Shown one piece after another: positions 29,331 to 32,000 of a stretch of DNA of 32,000 bases; within the stretch, counting starts at the first letter, position 1; every line of letters begins with the position of its first letter. This DNA comes from Candidatus Pacearchaeota archaeon. GTDB taxonomy: Archaea > Nanobdellota > Nanobdellia > Pacearchaeales > UBA284. The stretch is taken from assembly GCA_026016245.1 (NCBI GenBank), contig CP061211.1, positions 630,001 through 662,000 on the forward strand, given 5' to 3'. The position numbers and the translations under genes are program-made. The notes under the pieces are model-generated. The model ran no database searches. It was not told where the DNA came from and was given only the letters and a program-made list of their open reading frames with translations.

Positions 29331-31226
29331 ATGAAACTGTCTACAAAACTTATTTTTTTGGGAGTATTAGTAGCAGTTATACTGTCAATATCTTTGATTG
29401 GAGCAGCAATAACTAGTATTACTCTTGTTTCTCCTGAAGAAGATGCTTGGGTTAATAATGTTGGCCCACAGTTTACTTTTAGGGCTATAAGTAATGTAGA
29501 CCCAACATTTTCTTGTAGTTTGTTTGTTGATGGTATAAATCATGCAACAAATGGTTCTGTCATGAATAATACTGATACTATAATAATACTTATGTTTCCT
29601 TTGAGCCAAGGCAGTCATGATTGGTATATTACTTGCGTTGATAGTGACCTACCAATATTCATTAGCGAAACAAGAACAATTAATATTGACACTGAAGATC
29701 CTATTGTTACTTTACTAGAGCCTGATAATGGTGATATATTCAAGACAAGAGAGATTGATTTTCAGTTTAAAGTAACAGATAATTTTGATAACCAACTTTT
29801 TTGTGAACTTTATATTGATGGTGATCTAGAAGATGATGGCAATGTTAACAATGGTAGTACTGCCACTTGGACAATAAGTGGCTTGTCAAGAGATACTCAT
29901 GACTGGTATGTAACTTGCGAGGATGAGGCTGGAAATACTGGTACAAGTTCAACATGGAATTTTGAAATTGAAGAAATAGGTTATTGTAAATATGGTGAAC
30001 AAGGAACATATCTTGACATAACTCTTGAAGAGCCAGATGATGGTGATGATTTTAATATTGGTGATGAGATTGAAGTTAAGGTAGAAATAGAAAATGATGG
30101 TAATGAAGACTTAGATATTGTTGTTGAGGCAGAACTTTATGATTTAGATGATGAAGATACTATAGTTGATGAGGAATATGAGACTGAAATAGAAGAAGAT
30201 GAGTCAATAACAGTTACATTAAAATTAAAGATTCCTTCTTCAGTTGATGAGGATAATGATTTTGTTGTTAATATTAAGGTTTATGAGGATGGAGAAGAAG
30301 ACGAGCAATGTAAAGAAGATTCTATTGAGGTTGATATAGAAAGAAAGAAACATGATATAACAATAAGAGATATTTCTTTGAGTACAGATACAGCTGCTTG
30401 TGGTGATTCTTTCAATCTTTATTTGAGTATTGAGAATAATGGTGCTGAGGATGAGGATGTGAAAATAACTGTTTATAATTCTGTCTTGGACATAGATTTT
30501 GAGAGAACTCTTTCCTTGGATGAAGGTGAGGATTATACTACAAACATTTTATTTGATGTACCTTTAGATATACAAGAAGGAAACTATTTGATAGATATTA
30601 GAGTTTATTATGATTATTATGATAACAGCTATCATGAATCAGCATCAGAGGACTTACAATTAAAAGTTGAGGGTAATTGTCTACCTCCGTCTATGTCTGA
30701 TGTTTCTCTGATTCTATCACAAACAGGAGATGTTTTTGCAAATTATGGGTTTAGAACAAAAGTTACTATAACAAATACAGGAAATCTCAGAACTACTTAC
30801 AATATAGATGTTTCTGGATATGAAAATTGGGCAACTGTATCAAGTCTAAGTCCTGATACATTAACACTTGATGCTGGCGATGTTGGTTATGTTTATGTTA
30901 CATTAAAGCCTTCTGAAGAGGCTTATGGAATGTATGATTTCAAAGTGAAGGTTAGTTTTGATGGTAAGACAGAAGAGCAGAGCATGAGTGTTAATGTTAA
31001 GCGTAGATCAGAGGCTGCAGCTACATGGGATCAACTATGGTTTGAAATCAACAGATACTGGCACTGGGCATTAATCAATCTAGCTCTTATTGCGGCAATC
31101 ATTATTTTAATAATCTGTTTAGTAAAATCAAAAAGATCAAAAACAAAACCAAAAGCAACAGAGATCAGATTAAGATCATTTCAACCTGAGTGGAAACCAA
31201 AAAAAGCAGGAAGAAAAAGGAGATAA
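29331..31226 (+). CDS. Secreted, very acidic surface protein: two Ig-like tandem repeats, CARDB-like domains, a C-terminal TM anchor and a basic tail
   Basis: Signal/anchor MKLSTKLIFLGVLVAVILSISLIGA. Repeats end in HDWYITC and HDWYVTC. CARDB-like segments include FNLYLSIENNGAEDEDVKITVYN. C-terminus: ALINLALIAAIIILIICLV then KSKRSKTKPK. Confidence 0.65.
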   Translation: MKLSTKLIFLGVLVAVILSISLIGAAITSITLVSPEEDAWVNNVGPQFTFRAISNVDPTFSCSLFVDGINHATNGSVMNNTDTIIILMFPLSQGSHDWYITCVDSDLPIFISETRTINIDTEDPIVTLLEPDNGDIFKTREIDFQFKVTDNFDNQLFCELYIDGDLEDDGNVNNGSTATWTISGLSRDTHDWYVTCEDEAGNTGTSSTWNFEIEEIGYCKYGEQGTYLDITLEEPDDGDDFNIGDEIEVKVEIENDGNEDLDIVVEAELYDLDDEDTIVDEEYETEIEEDESITVTLKLKIPSSVDEDNDFVVNIKVYEDGEEDEQCKEDSIEVDIERKKHDITIRDISLSTDTAACGDSFNLYLSIENNGAEDEDVKITVYNSVLDIDFERTLSLDEGEDYTTNILFDVPLDIQEGNYLIDIRVYYDYYDNSYHESASEDLQLKVEGNCLPPSMSDVSLILSQTGDVFANYGFRTKVTITNTGNLRTTYNIDVSGYENWATVSSLSPDTLTLDAGDVGYVYVTLKPSEEAYGMYDFKVKVSFDGKTEEQSMSVNVKRRSEAAATWDQLWFEINRYWHWALINLALIAAIIILIICLVKSKRSKTKPKATEIRLRSFQPEWKPKKAGRKRR

Positions 31227-31282
31227 GGAGAAGATAAAAGAGATAAAGTAAGTTTTATAAAACTTAGGCTTCTTGTTCTGTT

Positions 31283-32000
31283 ATGAATAAAAAAGAAGTA
31301 GATTTAGAGGATTTGTTGTTAAGTTTAAGCCCGCTTGAGAGAACTATACTGCCTTTATTACACTTAAGCAGCGTAGATAAAATATCTGAGCAAGGAAAAC
31401 TTGATATGATAAGCCTAAATAGAGCTTTTCAGTTTCTTGGCAATAAAAATCTAATTAAGTTAAGCAAAGAAAAGAGGAAATTTGTTAAGATTGATACTAA
31501 TGGAATTCTTTATCTAAAAAAAGGATTGCCAGAAAGGAGACTTTTAAGTCTGCTTTTTGATATAAAGAAAATTGGTCTTGGAGATGCTAAAAAAAGATCT
31601 GGTTTGAGTGATAATGAATTTGCTATTGCTTTAGGAGTTTTGAAAGAAAAAAAGTTTGTTGAGGTAATTACTGGGAGCATCAATTTAAAAGTGTCTAAAG
31701 AGGAAGCAACAAAAAAATTCCCAGAAGAAAAATTTCTTGAAAGCCTGCCTCTTGAATTAGAAAAGTTGAATGAAAAAGAGAAAAATATCTTCCAAAAACT
31801 AAAAACTAGAAAGGATCTTGTAAGAATCGATGAAATTTCTAAAATTAGTTTTGAGATAACAGAGCTTGGCAAAAAAGTTATTGATGAGTTGCCTAAATTT
31901 AAGAAAGAGTTGATAGAGCAGCTTAGTTCTGATATGATAAAGAAAGGGACATGGAGGGGAAAGGTATTTAGAAAGTATGATATTAAAAGTAGGGCACCAG
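31283..32000 (+). CDS. pheS: Phenylalanine--tRNA ligase alpha subunit, N-terminal part (runs off the window end)
   Basis: Not in the track because no stop lies within the window. The frame is open from the ATG at 31283. LSPLERTILPLL and repeated wHTH-like modules are typical of the archaeal PheS N-terminus. The catalytic domain lies beyond the window. Confidence 0.6.
   Translation, partial: MNKKEVDLEDLLLSLSPLERTILPLLHLSSVDKISEQGKLDMISLNRAFQFLGNKNLIKLSKEKRKFVKIDTNGILYLKKGLPERRLLSLLFDIKKIGLGDAKKRSGLSDNEFAIALGVLKEKKFVEVITGSINLKVSKEEATKKFPEEKFLESLPLELEKLNEKEKNIFQKLKTRKDLVRIDEISKISFEITELGKKVIDELPKFKKELIEQLSSDMIKKGTWRGKVFRKYDIKSRAP

Noticed and set aside
21807-31872. Track ORFs 21807..22028, 24973..25185, 25858..26106, 26251..26454, 27894..28755 (three ORFs), 29385..29618 and 31510..31872
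   Set aside because: They are antisense to iorB/DUF523, the R-M gene, the TRASH/SprT pair, the radical SAM gene, the surface protein and the open pheS frame. No motifs are present.

Overview
AT-rich archaeal chromosome segment. The gene content and style suggest a small-genome, DPANN-like archaeon, but that placement is inference. No rRNA genes or CRISPR arrays are present.

**Centre (13.4-22.5 kb, + strand).** A tightly packed housekeeping block holds the archaeal proteasome/exosome superoperon (psmA, SBDS, rrp4, rrp41, rrp42, rpoK). It is followed by eno, pcm and an iorA-DUF523-iorB unit. Several gene junctions are only 1-4 nt, including three ATGA overlaps.

**Left third.**
- A large sequon-rich beta-helix surface protein.
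- tRNA-Ser(UGA).
- Two tandem paralogous membrane-anchored proteins.
- wHTH-MNT/HEPN pair 1.
- An acidic S-layer-like protein with a 570-bp non-coding leader region.
- A wHTH regulator.
- A minus-strand operon of four Cys-rich proteins that all carry KK[GA]Q class III (type IV pilin-like) signal peptides. This operon is interrupted by a GNAT gene and by wHTH-MNT/HEPN pair 2. Pair 2 is bracketed by 38-bp perfect direct repeats and lies next to a duplicated 34-nt leader/hairpin block.

**Right third.**
- A 4.2-kb element bounded by 24-bp perfect inverted repeats. It carries an IS6-type transposase, a single-chain R-M-S restriction enzyme and three small Zn-protein genes.
- Beyond it lie a wHTH gene, DUF99, a large radical SAM protein, an acidic CARDB-like surface protein and the 5' part of pheS.

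All calls come from reading the sequence and ORF translations by eye. Family names are recognition from motifs, not database hits.
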